From positions 9,074 through 73,073 of the forward strand of contig CACJXQ010000005.1 in NCBI GenBank assembly GCA_902597385.1: a stretch of DNA of 64,000 nucleotides, in the 5' to 3' direction. A program made the translations under genes and the position numbers. This stretch comes from an uncultured Pseudomonadota bacterium (GTDB lineage: Bacteria; Pseudomonadota; Gammaproteobacteria; Ga0077536). Below the pieces are notes generated by a model, which saw only the letters and a program-made list of their open reading frames with translations, was not told the origin of the DNA and made no database searches. Positions 10,804 to 20,900 of this stretch are shown here, one piece after another (the first letter of the stretch is position 1; each line of letters opens with the position of its first letter).

Positions 10804-11325
10804 TTAAACTAATTCCTTAATTTCTCTTTTCCAAACAAATTTTGTATCTACTAAGCTTGAGACATCTTTTCCACTCAGCAATTTTTCAACGGCTCCTAAT
10901 CCAGGAACCACCATTTTTGGTGCGATTTCGAACAACGGATAAAGAACGAATGATCGATTCTTGATCTGTGGATGAGGTACAGTCAAAACTTCACTATTAA
11001 TTACCTCCCTCCCATAAATTAATAAATCCAAATCAATAATCCTAGCACTCCATTTCTGTCGTTTTATAGGCCGCCCCAAAGAGCGCTCGATTTCTACCAT
11101 CGCTGAAAATAACTCTTCTGCTCCCAACCGAGTCTCTACCCGAGCCACTGCATTGACAAAGGACGGTTGCGAAAGATCTCCGAGAGGAGGATTTCTATAA
11201 AAACCTGATACATTTGTCAATTTTGCTTCTTCGATACAACTTAATGCAGAAATTGCTTTTGACAATTGTATAATGGGTTCCTCCAAATTACTCCCCAGAC
11301 CAATAAAAGCTTCTATATTACCCAT
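10804..11325 (-). CDS. folK: 2-amino-4-hydroxy-6-hydroxymethyldihydropteridine diphosphokinase
   Basis: 173 aa. Contains FIGLGSN, RIIDLDLLIY and VPHPQI. Sits immediately downstream of pcnB, as in E. coli and Pseudomonas. Confidence 0.88.
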   Translation of the reverse strand: MGNIEAFIGLGSNLEEPIIQLSKAISALSCIEEAKLTNVSGFYRNPPLGDLSQPSFVNAVARVETRLGAEELFSAMVEIERSLGRPIKRQKWSARIIDLDLLIYGREVINSEVLTVPHPQIKNRSFVLYPLFEIAPKMVVPGLGAVEKLLSGKDVSSLVDTKFVWKREIKELV

Positions 11326-11329
11326 TTTA

Positions 11330-12631
11330 TTAATGCCTGGAGCGGTGTAATCGATAGGAAAGACTACTTGAGAATGGGAGTTTGCCCGATTTCTTAGATT
11401 TCTGGAAAAAAGCCGACCACCATCTAATGGGATCTTTAGGTATTTCCCCCGCCTCCACCCTTAGACAGAAAAAATTATACGCTGCTCTAAGCCTAGGGTG
11501 TCTAATTATCCTATCTGCCTTTCTCTTAGATGGTTTGGCAAACACCCTCTGCAAAGCCCAGATCTCCCTCACCGATTTTGTAATTCGCCTAGGGATTGCG
11601 ACCTTCTTCAACTGAGTCAGCAAAATAAACTCTTCCGCAATGACAAGGTCCTCCGCAGGTACATTTTCAAATTTAGATAACTTTTCTATTTGCATTTTGA
11701 GCGGAAACCACAAAAAAACCGCAATTAAAAAACCTAATGTGACAGAGCCTCCGTCCATTACTCTTGCATCGGTACTAGACAAAGCACTCTCTAGAAAATC
11801 CTCCCTGACCGAATTAGGTTGTGGATTTTGGCAACATTCTTCAAATGGTAGCAAGTGGGAAAGCAAGCCGAGCTCTCTTAAGCGACAGAAATTCCGGCCA
11901 GCGAAGCCCCTCAAGAATAACTTGTCCATTTCCACAAATAATCGCGCAGGAGGAATATGCCTAAGCTGTGCTCCATATTTTTTTAGTTGACTATCCGTAA
12001 ACCCTGCAATCTTAAAATTCAAAGACTCTGATAACCTTACTGCTCGCAGCACCCGAACAGGATCTTCCCCAAAACGGGCTTCGGGATCTCCAATCAGGCG
12101 CAATACACCATTATTCAGATCTTGCATTCCTCCCACGAAGTCGAAAATATTAAGAGTTGCGTAATCTAAATAAAGAGCATTAAGAGTATAATCTCGGCGG
12201 ACCACATCATCTTCAATCCTACCAAAATCATTATCTCGGAAAATAATCCCCGTCTTACCCGCTCCATGAGAAAGTTCCGGACTTTTACGAAAGGTAGCTA
12301 CTTCAATCAGCTCAGAATTTTCTCTGACATGTACCAGTTTAAAGCGTCGCCCGATCAATCGACTGCTTCGAAAAATACTGGAAATCTGAGTAGGAGTCGC
12401 ATTGGTAACAACATCAAAGTCTGTCGGGCTTCTTTCTAATAATAAATCTCTTACACCTCCGCCTACCAAAAAAGCCTGAAATCCAGCCGATATCAACCCA
12501 GCCATCACTTTATTAGCTCCCCTCGAAATCTTACAGGTAGTTATACAGTGCTCATTAGGAGCATAAATTCGAGGGGGATATTTTGACTCGAATATCAAAG
12601 AGGAGATGTTCATAAATATTAATTTCTTCAA
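11330..12631 (-). CDS. pcnB: poly(A) polymerase I
   Basis: Contains LVGGGVRDLLL and the nucleotidyltransferase/RNA-binding architecture. The longest ORF starts at TTG 12631. ATG at 12613 (MNISSL...) is an equally plausible start. Confidence 0.85.
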   Translation of the reverse strand: MKKLIFMNISSLIFESKYPPRIYAPNEHCITTCKISRGANKVMAGLISAGFQAFLVGGGVRDLLLERSPTDFDVVTNATPTQISSIFRSSRLIGRRFKLVHVRENSELIEVATFRKSPELSHGAGKTGIIFRDNDFGRIEDDVVRRDYTLNALYLDYATLNIFDFVGGMQDLNNGVLRLIGDPEARFGEDPVRVLRAVRLSESLNFKIAGFTDSQLKKYGAQLRHIPPARLFVEMDKLFLRGFAGRNFCRLRELGLLSHLLPFEECCQNPQPNSVREDFLESALSSTDARVMDGGSVTLGFLIAVFLWFPLKMQIEKLSKFENVPAEDLVIAEEFILLTQLKKVAIPRRITKSVREIWALQRVFAKPSKRKADRIIRHPRLRAAYNFFCLRVEAGEIPKDPIRWWSAFFQKSKKSGKLPFSSSLSYRLHRSRH

Positions 12632-12832
12632 CTTACCTGTATCGAAAATGGATTCGAGATTGTCTGTTAAGACAACACGCAGTTCATTGGGGGGATAAAC
12701 AGTATTACTTACATTCTAACACCTTGCCAAACAGAGTTAAAATTTCTGTAATACTTCTTAATTACATAATCAACTTAGCCGAAAATATTCTTTTTCCTAC
12801 AACTTAAACCAAAAAGGGAATAAAATTAGCCT

Positions 12833-13228
12833 ATGATTTCTTTTCCTCGCCGCATCGCGGCCGTCCTCTACGACACAATTGCCATCTTAACAATACTGTA
12901 CTTCGCTAGTTTCGCACCGGTTTTGATTGCTGACAGCTTTATAAAACCGGAAAACCCGGAGTTTCAGTTTTTTTTATTTATTCTAACAGCTGCCTATTTC
13001 ATTTTCTGCTGGTATAGAAGGCAAACTTTAGGAATGGCTGCATGGCATCTTTACTTGGAAAACGATGCCGGACAACAACCCAATGCTAAACAATTGGTTA
13101 GTCGTTTCCTTTTGGCGGGCATATCTATGCTTTCTTTTGGATTGGGTTATTTATGGGCTCTTTTTGACCCCTCCAGAAAAACATTTCATGACAGGGCTTC
13201 AGGCACCTATCTAATTTACCGGAAATAA
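12833..13228 (+). CDS. RDD family small membrane protein
   Basis: 131 aa. N-terminus RRIAAVLYDTIAI, three hydrophobic segments and a C-terminal HDRASGTYL typical of RDD domains. Confidence 0.7.
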   Translation: MISFPRRIAAVLYDTIAILTILYFASFAPVLIADSFIKPENPEFQFFLFILTAAYFIFCWYRRQTLGMAAWHLYLENDAGQQPNAKQLVSRFLLAGISMLSFGLGYLWALFDPSRKTFHDRASGTYLIYRK

Positions 13229-13229
13229 A

Positions 13230-14294
13230 TTACGAAGCTTTTTCTTGGGAAACCGCAGCTAATATCAAAACAATAATCGGTGGCAATATAACACCCACGA
13301 AAGGGGCAATGGAGTACACTACAGTTGCCTGAGAAAACAACTGACAACTCACATGATAAAAAAGGCCCAATCCGGATCCAAAAAGAACTCGACGACTGGC
13401 GGAAGAGCTTCTTTTATTCCCAAAACACAGTCCGAACGAAAGTCCCATTAAAGCGAAAATACCCAAAGGACAGACCATTTTATCCCAAAAAATTCTCTCC
13501 AAACGATCAGATTTCTGATTATTATTCCTAGCAAATCTCCAGTAGCGATAGAGACTTAAAAGAGTGTAATTGGACGACTTAGTTGCAACCATTTCCACCA
13601 CCTTAGGGTCTAACTTTGAGGGCCAAAGCAATCGCTTCCTTCTCTCTGCATCTACGCTAGCGCCATCAAAAATTGTAAGATTAGCATCATCGAGGAACCA
13701 AAAGCCTGAATCAAAACTGGCGGATGATGCTGAAATAACCACTTTGAGGTGATTACGGTTATCAAATTCGTAGATTGTGATATCAGAAAATTTTTGTCCG
13801 GCAAACATATCACCTATCCTAATAAAATTATTGTTGTCCCTCGCCCAGTAGCCACTTCCTGTAATTGTTAGATCAGAGTCGTTCTTCAGCGCTAGTTTTA
13901 GGCGACCGGCTCTTTCCTCCGAAAAAGGAACGATTAATTCTCCTAGTGCAAGAGCAAATACAATCAACACAGCAGAGGTTCCAAAAATCGTTTTGGCAAA
14001 GTCCCCTTTTGAGCCTCCTGCGACTCTGATTGCAATTAATTCATTAGAATCTGCTAAATTGCCCAGCGCTATCATTGAACCTATCAAGGTCGCAAAGGGA
14101 ATCAAATCATATGTAAGTTTAGGCACTTCCAGAAAAACCACGTAGACGGCGCTTATCCAATCAAAGTTACCTGTCCCAACATCATCCATCTCTCCCATAA
14201 AGCCAAAAAAACTGAAAATAGCTAACAGTGCAAACAGTACTGAAGCTATTGCTCTGACAATATTGTTACCAATATATTTCCCAAGTATTCGCAT
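13230..14294 (-). CDS. lptG: LPS export ABC permease, LptF/LptG family (best resembles LptG)
   Basis: 354 aa. ILGKYIG N-terminus, SELIAIRVAGGS and GYWARDNNNFIRIG (E. coli LptG has GLWAKDGNNFVYIE). Six predicted TM segments with a periplasmic beta-jellyroll insert. Confidence 0.7.
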   Translation of the reverse strand: MRILGKYIGNNIVRAIASVLFALLAIFSFFGFMGEMDDVGTGNFDWISAVYVVFLEVPKLTYDLIPFATLIGSMIALGNLADSNELIAIRVAGGSKGDFAKTIFGTSAVLIVFALALGELIVPFSEERAGRLKLALKNDSDLTITGSGYWARDNNNFIRIGDMFAGQKFSDITIYEFDNRNHLKVVISASSASFDSGFWFLDDANLTIFDGASVDAERRKRLLWPSKLDPKVVEMVATKSSNYTLLSLYRYWRFARNNNQKSDRLERIFWDKMVCPLGIFALMGLSFGLCFGNKRSSSASRRVLFGSGLGLFYHVSCQLFSQATVVYSIAPFVGVILPPIIVLILAAVSQEKAS

Positions 14295-14419
14295 TATTCC
14301 TCACAAATGGTTAGCCTTTATAGAGCCGATAATCTACTGAGTACCATCTAAGTTCATCAGCTAGCACAAATTATGTTTATAATATTAACTTCTATAAAAA
14401 GACTCTACGAGGATTCTTA

Positions 14420-15922
14420 ATGATTTTTTTTGTTAAAGACACACCTTTAAACACGCTAAAAACCGATCTGCTGGTATTAACAGTCGACTCAAAAACAACT
14501 TTTAAGCCAAAGATGAAGATTTTTAATAGCCAAACAAACGGCTTACTGAAAAAAACTATTGCTCGCGATAATTTTAAGGGTGCGCTTGGCGAAACAATGT
14601 TCTTCTCGCACCTACCGGGTGTGCCGGCAGAGAGAGTTTTACTAGTTGGTATTGGAAGTCAAAAAAAACTAACTACAAAAGCGTTCATCAAGTTGATATC
14701 TACGATAGTAAAACAAGCATCCGGTCACAAAATCGAAACCCTAGCCTTAGATGTAGTAGATCTTGCAATGGAAACAAGTGGAGATATGTCTGAAAAAATA
14801 GGTATGATTGTTTCTAGTTTTTATGAATCAAACTATAATTTTAATGAGCAAAAGAATCACGAGATTAAAACAACACACAAGTTCAAAAAAATCACTCTTT
14901 TCACGGAATCTAAATCAAATTTTCCCGAAATAAAGAATCTAATAAAGAGGTTTTCTGGTATACATCAAGGGGTAAATCTTGCGAAAAATCTCGCAAACCG
15001 TTCAGCCAATGTATGCACACCTAGACATCTAGCCAGTGAAGCAAGAAAAATAGGTAAAAAGAGCGAAAAGCTAACAATAAAAGTCATAGAAGAAAAGGAA
15101 ATGCTGCAATTGGGTATGGGGTCTTTCTTGGCTGTTGCTAGAGGCTCTAACGAACCCGCAAAGTTCATTATTGCAAACTACAAGGGCGCCAACAAAAATA
15201 AGAAACCAGTTGTCTTGATCGGAAAAGGTGTCACTTTCGACTCCGGTGGAATATCGTTAAAACCAGGCGCTGGGATGGATGAAATGAAATACGACATGGG
15301 CGGAGCCGCTTCTGTTCTCGGATGCGTGGAGGCTTTAGCCGTGCTAGAGCCTAAGATAAACGTTGTTGCCCTGATCCCAGCGACAGAAAATATGCCGGAC
15401 GGCAAAGCCATCAAACCTGGCGATATAGTGAAAAGCATGTCAGGGAAAACCATCGAAATTCTTAATACAGACGCTGAGGGAAGGCTGATACTGTGTGATG
15501 CACTTACTTATTGCTCTCGATTCGATCCGGATTGTGTTATTGATGTAGCAACACTTACAGGTGCTTGTGTCGTTGCGCTGGGGAAACACGCTACCGGACT
15601 ATTAAGTAATCATAATGATTTTGCAGATGAAATTCTTAAGGCAGGAGAAAAAGCGCACGACAGAGCATGGCAGTTGCCGCTTTGGGATGAGTATCGTGCT
15701 CAACTTAATAGCCCCTTTGCGGATATAGCAAATGTTGGGGGACGATTTGCTGGCACAATTACCGCCGCGATTTTTTTATCTGCTTTCGCTGAGGATTATA
15801 AATGGGCACACTTAGATATCGCAGGCACAGCATGGCACAGTGGAGCGTTAAAAGGCGCCACCGGTAGGCCTGTCCCCCTTCTTATGGAATTCCTCCTTCG
15901 GAGAGCCTCAGGTTCAAAATGA
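14420..15922 (+). CDS. pepA: leucyl aminopeptidase
   Basis: 500 aa with M17 motifs NTDAEGRL and VIDVATLTGA. Followed by holC and valS as in enterics and pseudomonads. Confidence 0.9.
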   Translation: MIFFVKDTPLNTLKTDLLVLTVDSKTTFKPKMKIFNSQTNGLLKKTIARDNFKGALGETMFFSHLPGVPAERVLLVGIGSQKKLTTKAFIKLISTIVKQASGHKIETLALDVVDLAMETSGDMSEKIGMIVSSFYESNYNFNEQKNHEIKTTHKFKKITLFTESKSNFPEIKNLIKRFSGIHQGVNLAKNLANRSANVCTPRHLASEARKIGKKSEKLTIKVIEEKEMLQLGMGSFLAVARGSNEPAKFIIANYKGANKNKKPVVLIGKGVTFDSGGISLKPGAGMDEMKYDMGGAASVLGCVEALAVLEPKINVVALIPATENMPDGKAIKPGDIVKSMSGKTIEILNTDAEGRLILCDALTYCSRFDPDCVIDVATLTGACVVALGKHATGLLSNHNDFADEILKAGEKAHDRAWQLPLWDEYRAQLNSPFADIANVGGRFAGTITAAIFLSAFAEDYKWAHLDIAGTAWHSGALKGATGRPVPLLMEFLLRRASGSK

Positions 15923-16362
15923 CGAGGGTGGACTTTTTTATTTGGCCTTTGTGCGAGAAACGCTATCATGACTTAGCCATCTGTAATCTCATAAACTCTA
16001 TCTATCTTTCTGAAAGATGTCTTACTGTTTTTATAGAAGATACTGCCGAACGGGACCGTCTTGACCGTCTACTATGGACTTTTGAACAAACCAGTTTCAT
16101 ACCTCACGGCGTTGACAATACTTATCCTGTGGAACTGACTTCGGATTCTGCAAAATCAAACAAAACTATTTTAATGAACCTTGGGACATCCTGCCCTCTA
16201 GAACCAAAAAAATTTAAAATTATTGTTGAAACAGCGGGGTATGACGAATACACCAGGTCGACGGCTCGGTCAAGATTCAAAAAATACAAAGAGCATGGAA
16301 TTAGGGTAAGCTCCCACAAAATTGAAGAAATCGCGGAAACAAAAAATATTAGCCTTGGATAA
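15919..16362 (+). CDS. holC: DNA polymerase III chi subunit
   Basis: 147 aa. The ATGA start overlaps the pepA stop. Length and position between pepA and valS are conserved. Sequence similarity is judged by eye only. Confidence 0.7.
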   Translation: MTRVDFFIWPLCEKRYHDLAICNLINSIYLSERCLTVFIEDTAERDRLDRLLWTFEQTSFIPHGVDNTYPVELTSDSAKSNKTILMNLGTSCPLEPKKFKIIVETAGYDEYTRSTARSRFKKYKEHGIRVSSHKIEEIAETKNISLG

Positions 16363-16423
16363 TGAAAACAAGAAGATATAAAAATCGCTAAACCAGAGAA
16401 GCATCAGATAGAATAATCCTAAA

Positions 16424-19195
16424 ATGAATCCCGAAGATACGAATAACTCCTACGACCCTAAAGTAGTGGAGGCAAGACTCTACGATAAGTGGGAACGTGC
16501 TGGAAACTTTAAAGCTGGAAAACAAGGCGAGCCCTATTGTATTGCACTCCCGCCTCCCAACGTTACTGGAAGTTTGCACATGGGACACGCTTTTCAAGAC
16601 ACCTTAATGGATATCTTGATCAGATACCACCGAATGTCAGGAAAGAGAACTCTATGGCAAGGAGGCACCGATCACGCTGGAATCGCAACCCAAATAGTTG
16701 TCGAAAGACAACTCGAAACTCAAGGAAAGAGCAGGCAAAGTTTAGGCCGCAAAAAATTTATCGATGCTGTTTGGAACTGGAAAAATAAATCTGGGGGCAC
16801 AATATCAAAGCAGCTGAGGAGAATGGGAGCTTCAATTGATTGGAGTCGAGAACGCTTCACCCTTGATGAAGATCTTTCTTTCGCCGTGCGTAAAGTATTC
16901 GTCGATCTTTACGGAGAGGGACTTATCTACAAAGGCAAGCGACTAGTAAACTGGGATCCTGTGTTGAAAACCGCGGTGTCGGATCTCGAAGTTATATCAG
17001 AATTAGAGAACGGGCACCTTTGGCACTTCCGTTATCCAGTGCATAACAGCAAAGAGCATTTAACGATAGCTACCACAAGACCAGAAACAATGTTTGGTGA
17101 TTCTGCTGTAGCAGTGAACCCTACCGACAGTAGATATTCGGAATTTATTGGAAAATTTATTGATTTGCCGCTAAGTAACCGAAAAATACCTATCATTGGC
17201 GACGATTACGTCGATAAGGAATTTGGGTCAGGATGCTTAAAAGTCACGCCAGCACATGATTTCAATGATTACGAGATCGGGAAGAGACATGACCTCGAGT
17301 TAATCAATATTCTCACGGAAGACGGAAAGCTCAATTCGACAGTGCCGCCAGACTTCGTGGGCCTTGATAGATTTGAAGCCCGAAAAAAAATAATTATTGA
17401 ACTAGCAAATAAAGGATTATTGGAGGAAACAGAGCCCCATCAGTTGATGGTCCCTAGAGGAGATAGAAGCAAGACAATAATAGAACCATATTTAACGGAC
17501 CAATGGTTTGTTAAAATGGAGACTTTAGCCTCTCCAGCCTTAGAAGCAGTGAGGCAGGGCAAAACGAAGTTCATACCCGAAAATTGGACTAAAACTTATT
17601 ACGATTGGCTGGAGAATATTCAGGATTGGTGTATTTCTCGGCAATTGTGGTGGGGTCATAGAATACCTGCTTGGTATGACGACTATGGTAATGTTTTTGT
17701 CGGGATGTCAGAAGAGCACGTTCGAAAAGAGAACAACCTACCACCAAGCAAAACGTTAAAGCAAGACGACGATGTGCTCGATACTTGGTTTTCCTCAGCT
17801 CTCTGGCCTTTTTCGACGCTAGGTTGGCCAAAGAAAACCGAGGAGTTGTCGGCTTTTTATCCCACAAGCGTTCTAGTCACCGGTTTCGATATTATATTTT
17901 TCTGGGTTGCTAGAATGATGATGATGGGATTAAAGATAATGGGCGATGTGCCATTTCGACAAGTTTACATTCACGGGTTGGTAAGAGACAACGATGGCAA
18001 CAAGATGTCGAAATCAAAGGGAAACATAATAGATCCCTTGGATCTGATCGACGGTATCACCTTGAATCAGTTAATTGAGAAACGAACCTCAGGTCTAATG
18101 CGACCAGAAGACGCCCGTTCTATCGAGCAGGATACTAGGAGGGACTTTCCAGATGGAATTGCACCTTTTGGCACTGATGCACTAAGACTAACATTCGCCG
18201 CGATGGCAACGACTGGAAGAGACATTCGATTCGATTTGGGCAGGATTGGAGGCTATCGTAACTTCTGTAACAAGATTTGGAATGCATCGCGATTTGTGAA
18301 GCTTATGGCAGACAAACACGGCTTTTCCGAGGAAAAAAACAACTTGGTAACTAATTCGCCCGAGCATTGGATATATTCCAAATTAAAAAACACATTAGCT
18401 AATGTAAAAGAAAACTTTGAATTGTATCGTTTTGACCTCGCCTCTAATTACCTCTATGAGTTCATATGGGACGACTTCTGCGATTGGTACATTGAATCAG
18501 CCAAAGTTACACTTCTAAGTGATGTGCCCAGCGAGCAACAGAAGCAACAAGTTGTTGGATCTCTAATCGATATACTACAAACAGCTTTATGTACTCTACA
18601 TCCAATAATGCCTTTTATTTCAGAGGAACTTTGGATCAAACTAGAAGCCCTAAAAAGCGCTAAACGAAAATTCGTAGACGTTAAATTCCCAGATTCGATA
18701 AATTTCGAACCTCGCGATTCTGAGATTGTCAGTTACGATCGAATGCAAAGATTCGTCCTCGAGGTAAGAAGAATTAGATCTAGCTATAACGTTAATCCTA
18801 AGAAAAGAATTCACACCTATCTAGACTGTCCGGCAGAAAGGCTTTCTCATTTTTTTGGCGATAATCTGGAGCTAGCTAATTCGTTGGGCAAAATAAGTAA
18901 AATACTACTCTTAGATCAGAATAACTTAAGTAGTACGGCAACTGGCCTAGTGGATGACATAACCTTTTACGTTCCTTTGGACGAACTAATAGACGTTGAA
19001 GTGGAAAAGGTGAGATTGAATAAAGAGTATGAGAAACTTGAAATTGCGCTGATTAAGGTAGAGGGAAAACTAAAAAACCCCAAATTCCGCATGAAGGCAC
19101 CAAAACAAGTTATTGAAAAAGAAAAAGCAAAACTAGCGGAAATTGAAACAGCGCTAAGTGAAACCAGAAAACAACTGAACAGAATAAGCTCTTAG
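16424..19195 (+). CDS. valS: valine--tRNA ligase
   Basis: 923 aa. HIGH region PPPNVTGSLHMGH, KMSKS region KMSKSKGN and a C-terminal coiled coil. Confidence 0.95.
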   Translation: MNPEDTNNSYDPKVVEARLYDKWERAGNFKAGKQGEPYCIALPPPNVTGSLHMGHAFQDTLMDILIRYHRMSGKRTLWQGGTDHAGIATQIVVERQLETQGKSRQSLGRKKFIDAVWNWKNKSGGTISKQLRRMGASIDWSRERFTLDEDLSFAVRKVFVDLYGEGLIYKGKRLVNWDPVLKTAVSDLEVISELENGHLWHFRYPVHNSKEHLTIATTRPETMFGDSAVAVNPTDSRYSEFIGKFIDLPLSNRKIPIIGDDYVDKEFGSGCLKVTPAHDFNDYEIGKRHDLELINILTEDGKLNSTVPPDFVGLDRFEARKKIIIELANKGLLEETEPHQLMVPRGDRSKTIIEPYLTDQWFVKMETLASPALEAVRQGKTKFIPENWTKTYYDWLENIQDWCISRQLWWGHRIPAWYDDYGNVFVGMSEEHVRKENNLPPSKTLKQDDDVLDTWFSSALWPFSTLGWPKKTEELSAFYPTSVLVTGFDIIFFWVARMMMMGLKIMGDVPFRQVYIHGLVRDNDGNKMSKSKGNIIDPLDLIDGITLNQLIEKRTSGLMRPEDARSIEQDTRRDFPDGIAPFGTDALRLTFAAMATTGRDIRFDLGRIGGYRNFCNKIWNASRFVKLMADKHGFSEEKNNLVTNSPEHWIYSKLKNTLANVKENFELYRFDLASNYLYEFIWDDFCDWYIESAKVTLLSDVPSEQQKQQVVGSLIDILQTALCTLHPIMPFISEELWIKLEALKSAKRKFVDVKFPDSINFEPRDSEIVSYDRMQRFVLEVRRIRSSYNVNPKKRIHTYLDCPAERLSHFFGDNLELANSLGKISKILLLDQNNLSSTATGLVDDITFYVPLDELIDVEVEKVRLNKEYEKLEIALIKVEGKLKNPKFRMKAPKQVIEKEKAKLAEIETALSETRKQLNRISS

Positions 19196-19252
19196 TCGAC
19201 AGAATCTCCTTTTATAAGGTTAAATTCCAAAAAGCGAAATTGGTATACATAG

Positions 19253-19954
19253 ATGTTTCAAATAATTAGAAAAGAAATAAACTGTATTTATAAGCGAGAC
19301 CCATCAGCCAGAAATAGTCTAGAAATCATTTTTTGCTACCCGGGATTCCAAGCAGTGCTTATGTTTCGATTAAACCACAAATTGTGGAATAGGGGTTTCA
19401 AACTACTGTCGAGACTTTTGTCCAATATTGCGAGAATTTTCACCGGTGTAGAAATTCATCCTGCCGCTGAAATTGGATGCAACCTCTTTATAGATCATGG
19501 AACCGGGGTAGTCATAGGGGAAACAGCTATTATTGGTAATGACTGCACCCTTTATCATGGTGTTACCCTTGGCGGAACAAGTTGGGAAAAAGGGAAACGT
19601 CATCCTACATTGGGAAATAATGTAGTAGTCGGTGCTGGCGCAAAAATACTTGGGCCAATTGCTATTGAAAGTGGAGCTCGAATAGGCTCGAATGCTGTAG
19701 TGGTCAAGAATGTTCCTGAAAATTCAACTGTCGTAGGAATTCCAGCACGGGTTGTGGCCTCAGAGACCGAATCTAAGAAAGCAAAAGACAATCTAAGCGC
19801 AAATATTAGCATTGATCAAAATATTGAAAAATTTGAGGCATACGGTCAATCTAAAGCCATTCAAGATCCCTTAGATGAGAAGCTAGAAGTCTTATTGATG
19901 AGATTGAAGAAGGCTGAGGAAGAGATTGCAAATCTCCGGAAAAGCAAAGATTAA
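19253..19954 (+). CDS. cysE: serine O-acetyltransferase
   Basis: 233 aa. Left-handed beta-helix hexapeptide repeats ([26 protein letters not shown]). Sits upstream of iscR as in Pseudomonas. Confidence 0.85.
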   Translation: MFQIIRKEINCIYKRDPSARNSLEIIFCYPGFQAVLMFRLNHKLWNRGFKLLSRLLSNIARIFTGVEIHPAAEIGCNLFIDHGTGVVIGETAIIGNDCTLYHGVTLGGTSWEKGKRHPTLGNNVVVGAGAKILGPIAIESGARIGSNAVVVKNVPENSTVVGIPARVVASETESKKAKDNLSANISIDQNIEKFEAYGQSKAIQDPLDEKLEVLLMRLKKAEEEIANLRKSKD

Positions 19955-20013
19955 TCGAAAAAAAGGGCTATTTTGAAATTTCTATAATCCCGTTGGAGGG
20001 TAATACCGTACCT

Positions 20014-20041
20014 ATACCTGAGTATTTTAGTGTGTTATTAT
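20014..20041 (+). promoter_or_regulatory. candidate IscR type-1 operator overlapping an extended -10 promoter for iscR-suf
   Basis: ATACCTGAGTATTTTAGTGTGTTAT (20014-20038) matches 21 of 25 positions of the E. coli type-1 IscR consensus ATASYYGACTRWWWYAGTCRRSTAT, as I recall it. TGtTATTAT (20033-20041) is an extended -10 that ends 32 nt upstream of the iscR ATG. Confidence 0.4.
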
Positions 20042-20073
20042 TCACGGCCAAATTTTGGAAGACCAGTTAAACG

Positions 20074-20568
20074 ATGAGATTAACAACCAAGGGAAGATAT
20101 GCAGTCACCGCTATGCTTGATGTTGCAATACACCATAGCGATAAGCCTGTTAGAATAGCGGAAATCGCCGAGCGGCAGGGGATTTCACAATCCTACCTAG
20201 AGCAGCTCTTCGCTAATTTGAAAAAGAACGGATTGGTATGCGGGAGAAGAGGCCCCGGTGGGGGATATCAACTAGGCCGCAAAAGTAAACTTATTACCGT
20301 CGCCAACGTAATAGATGCAGTAAATGAAAAAGTTGACGCAACACGATGCGGCGGACTGAAGAATTGCACGCGCTCCGCGCCTTGTTTAACGCACGATCTT
20401 TGGGAGGATTTGAGTACCGAGATAAGGGGGTTCTTAGAGCGAATCACACTGGAATCCCTAGTTAGAAAAAAAACGCTCGCTGGCGAGCAGTTCATAGATT
20501 ACCGTCGCATAGCACTACAGAAAAAGAAAGCCGAGATTAGCAGTGGGAGCAACCTAAATGGCAATTGA
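20074..20568 (+). CDS. iscR: Rrf2-family Fe-S cluster regulator IscR
   Basis: 164 aa. [17 protein letters not shown] and SYLEQLF match E. coli IscR. The cluster ligand pattern C-x5-C-x5-C-x2-H ([16 protein letters not shown]) is identical in spacing to IscR C92/C98/C104/H107. Confidence 0.88.
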   Translation: MRLTTKGRYAVTAMLDVAIHHSDKPVRIAEIAERQGISQSYLEQLFANLKKNGLVCGRRGPGGGYQLGRKSKLITVANVIDAVNEKVDATRCGGLKNCTRSAPCLTHDLWEDLSTEIRGFLERITLESLVRKKTLAGEQFIDYRRIALQKKKAEISSGSNLNGN

Positions 20569-20890
20569 ATTGACTCAGAACGCCGTAAATCACGTTCAAA
20601 AATTTATCCAAAAAGATCCCGAATCTGAATATTTACGCTTGGCTGTGAAACCGACTGGCTGTTCTGGTTTTATGTACGAAGTAACAACCACTGGCGAGAA
20701 AATAGACAACGATTGCGTATTTAATTCCGGCGGTATAACAATAGTTGTCGACGAGCAAAGCCTCAAATACCTAACTGGGTCCAAAATTGATTTCACAGAA
20801 GAAGGTTTGAACAAAGGCTTCAAATTCAACAACCCAAACGTCGCCGCAACATGTGGATGCGGTGAAAGTTTCACCATAGAAACTGACTAA
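20558..20890 (+). CDS. sufA: A-type Fe-S cluster carrier (SufA/IscA family)
   Basis: 110 aa with the C-terminal CGCGESF motif and an upstream Cys in TGCSGF. Overlaps iscR by 11 nt. Confidence 0.85.
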   Translation: MAIELTQNAVNHVQKFIQKDPESEYLRLAVKPTGCSGFMYEVTTTGEKIDNDCVFNSGGITIVVDEQSLKYLTGSKIDFTEEGLNKGFKFNNPNVAATCGCGESFTIETD

Positions 20891-20900
20891 GTAGTAGATT

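Noticed and set aside
12648-12698. 16-codon mini-ORF (MDSRLSVKTTRSSLGG) and a 6-bp hairpin (TTGTCT-GTTA-AGACAA) in the largest intergenic gap (pcnB/RDD, 201 nt)
   Set aside because: There is no RBS, no conservation evidence is available, and the hairpin is too weak for a terminator or riboswitch. This is most simply a divergent promoter region.
14378-14383. TATAAT hexamer upstream of pepA, and a TATAAT at 26273-26278 upstream of ndk
   Set aside because: I could not pair either with a credible -35 at 16-19 nt spacing. In AT-rich intergenic DNA, isolated TATAAT matches are expected by chance, so I have not reported them as features.
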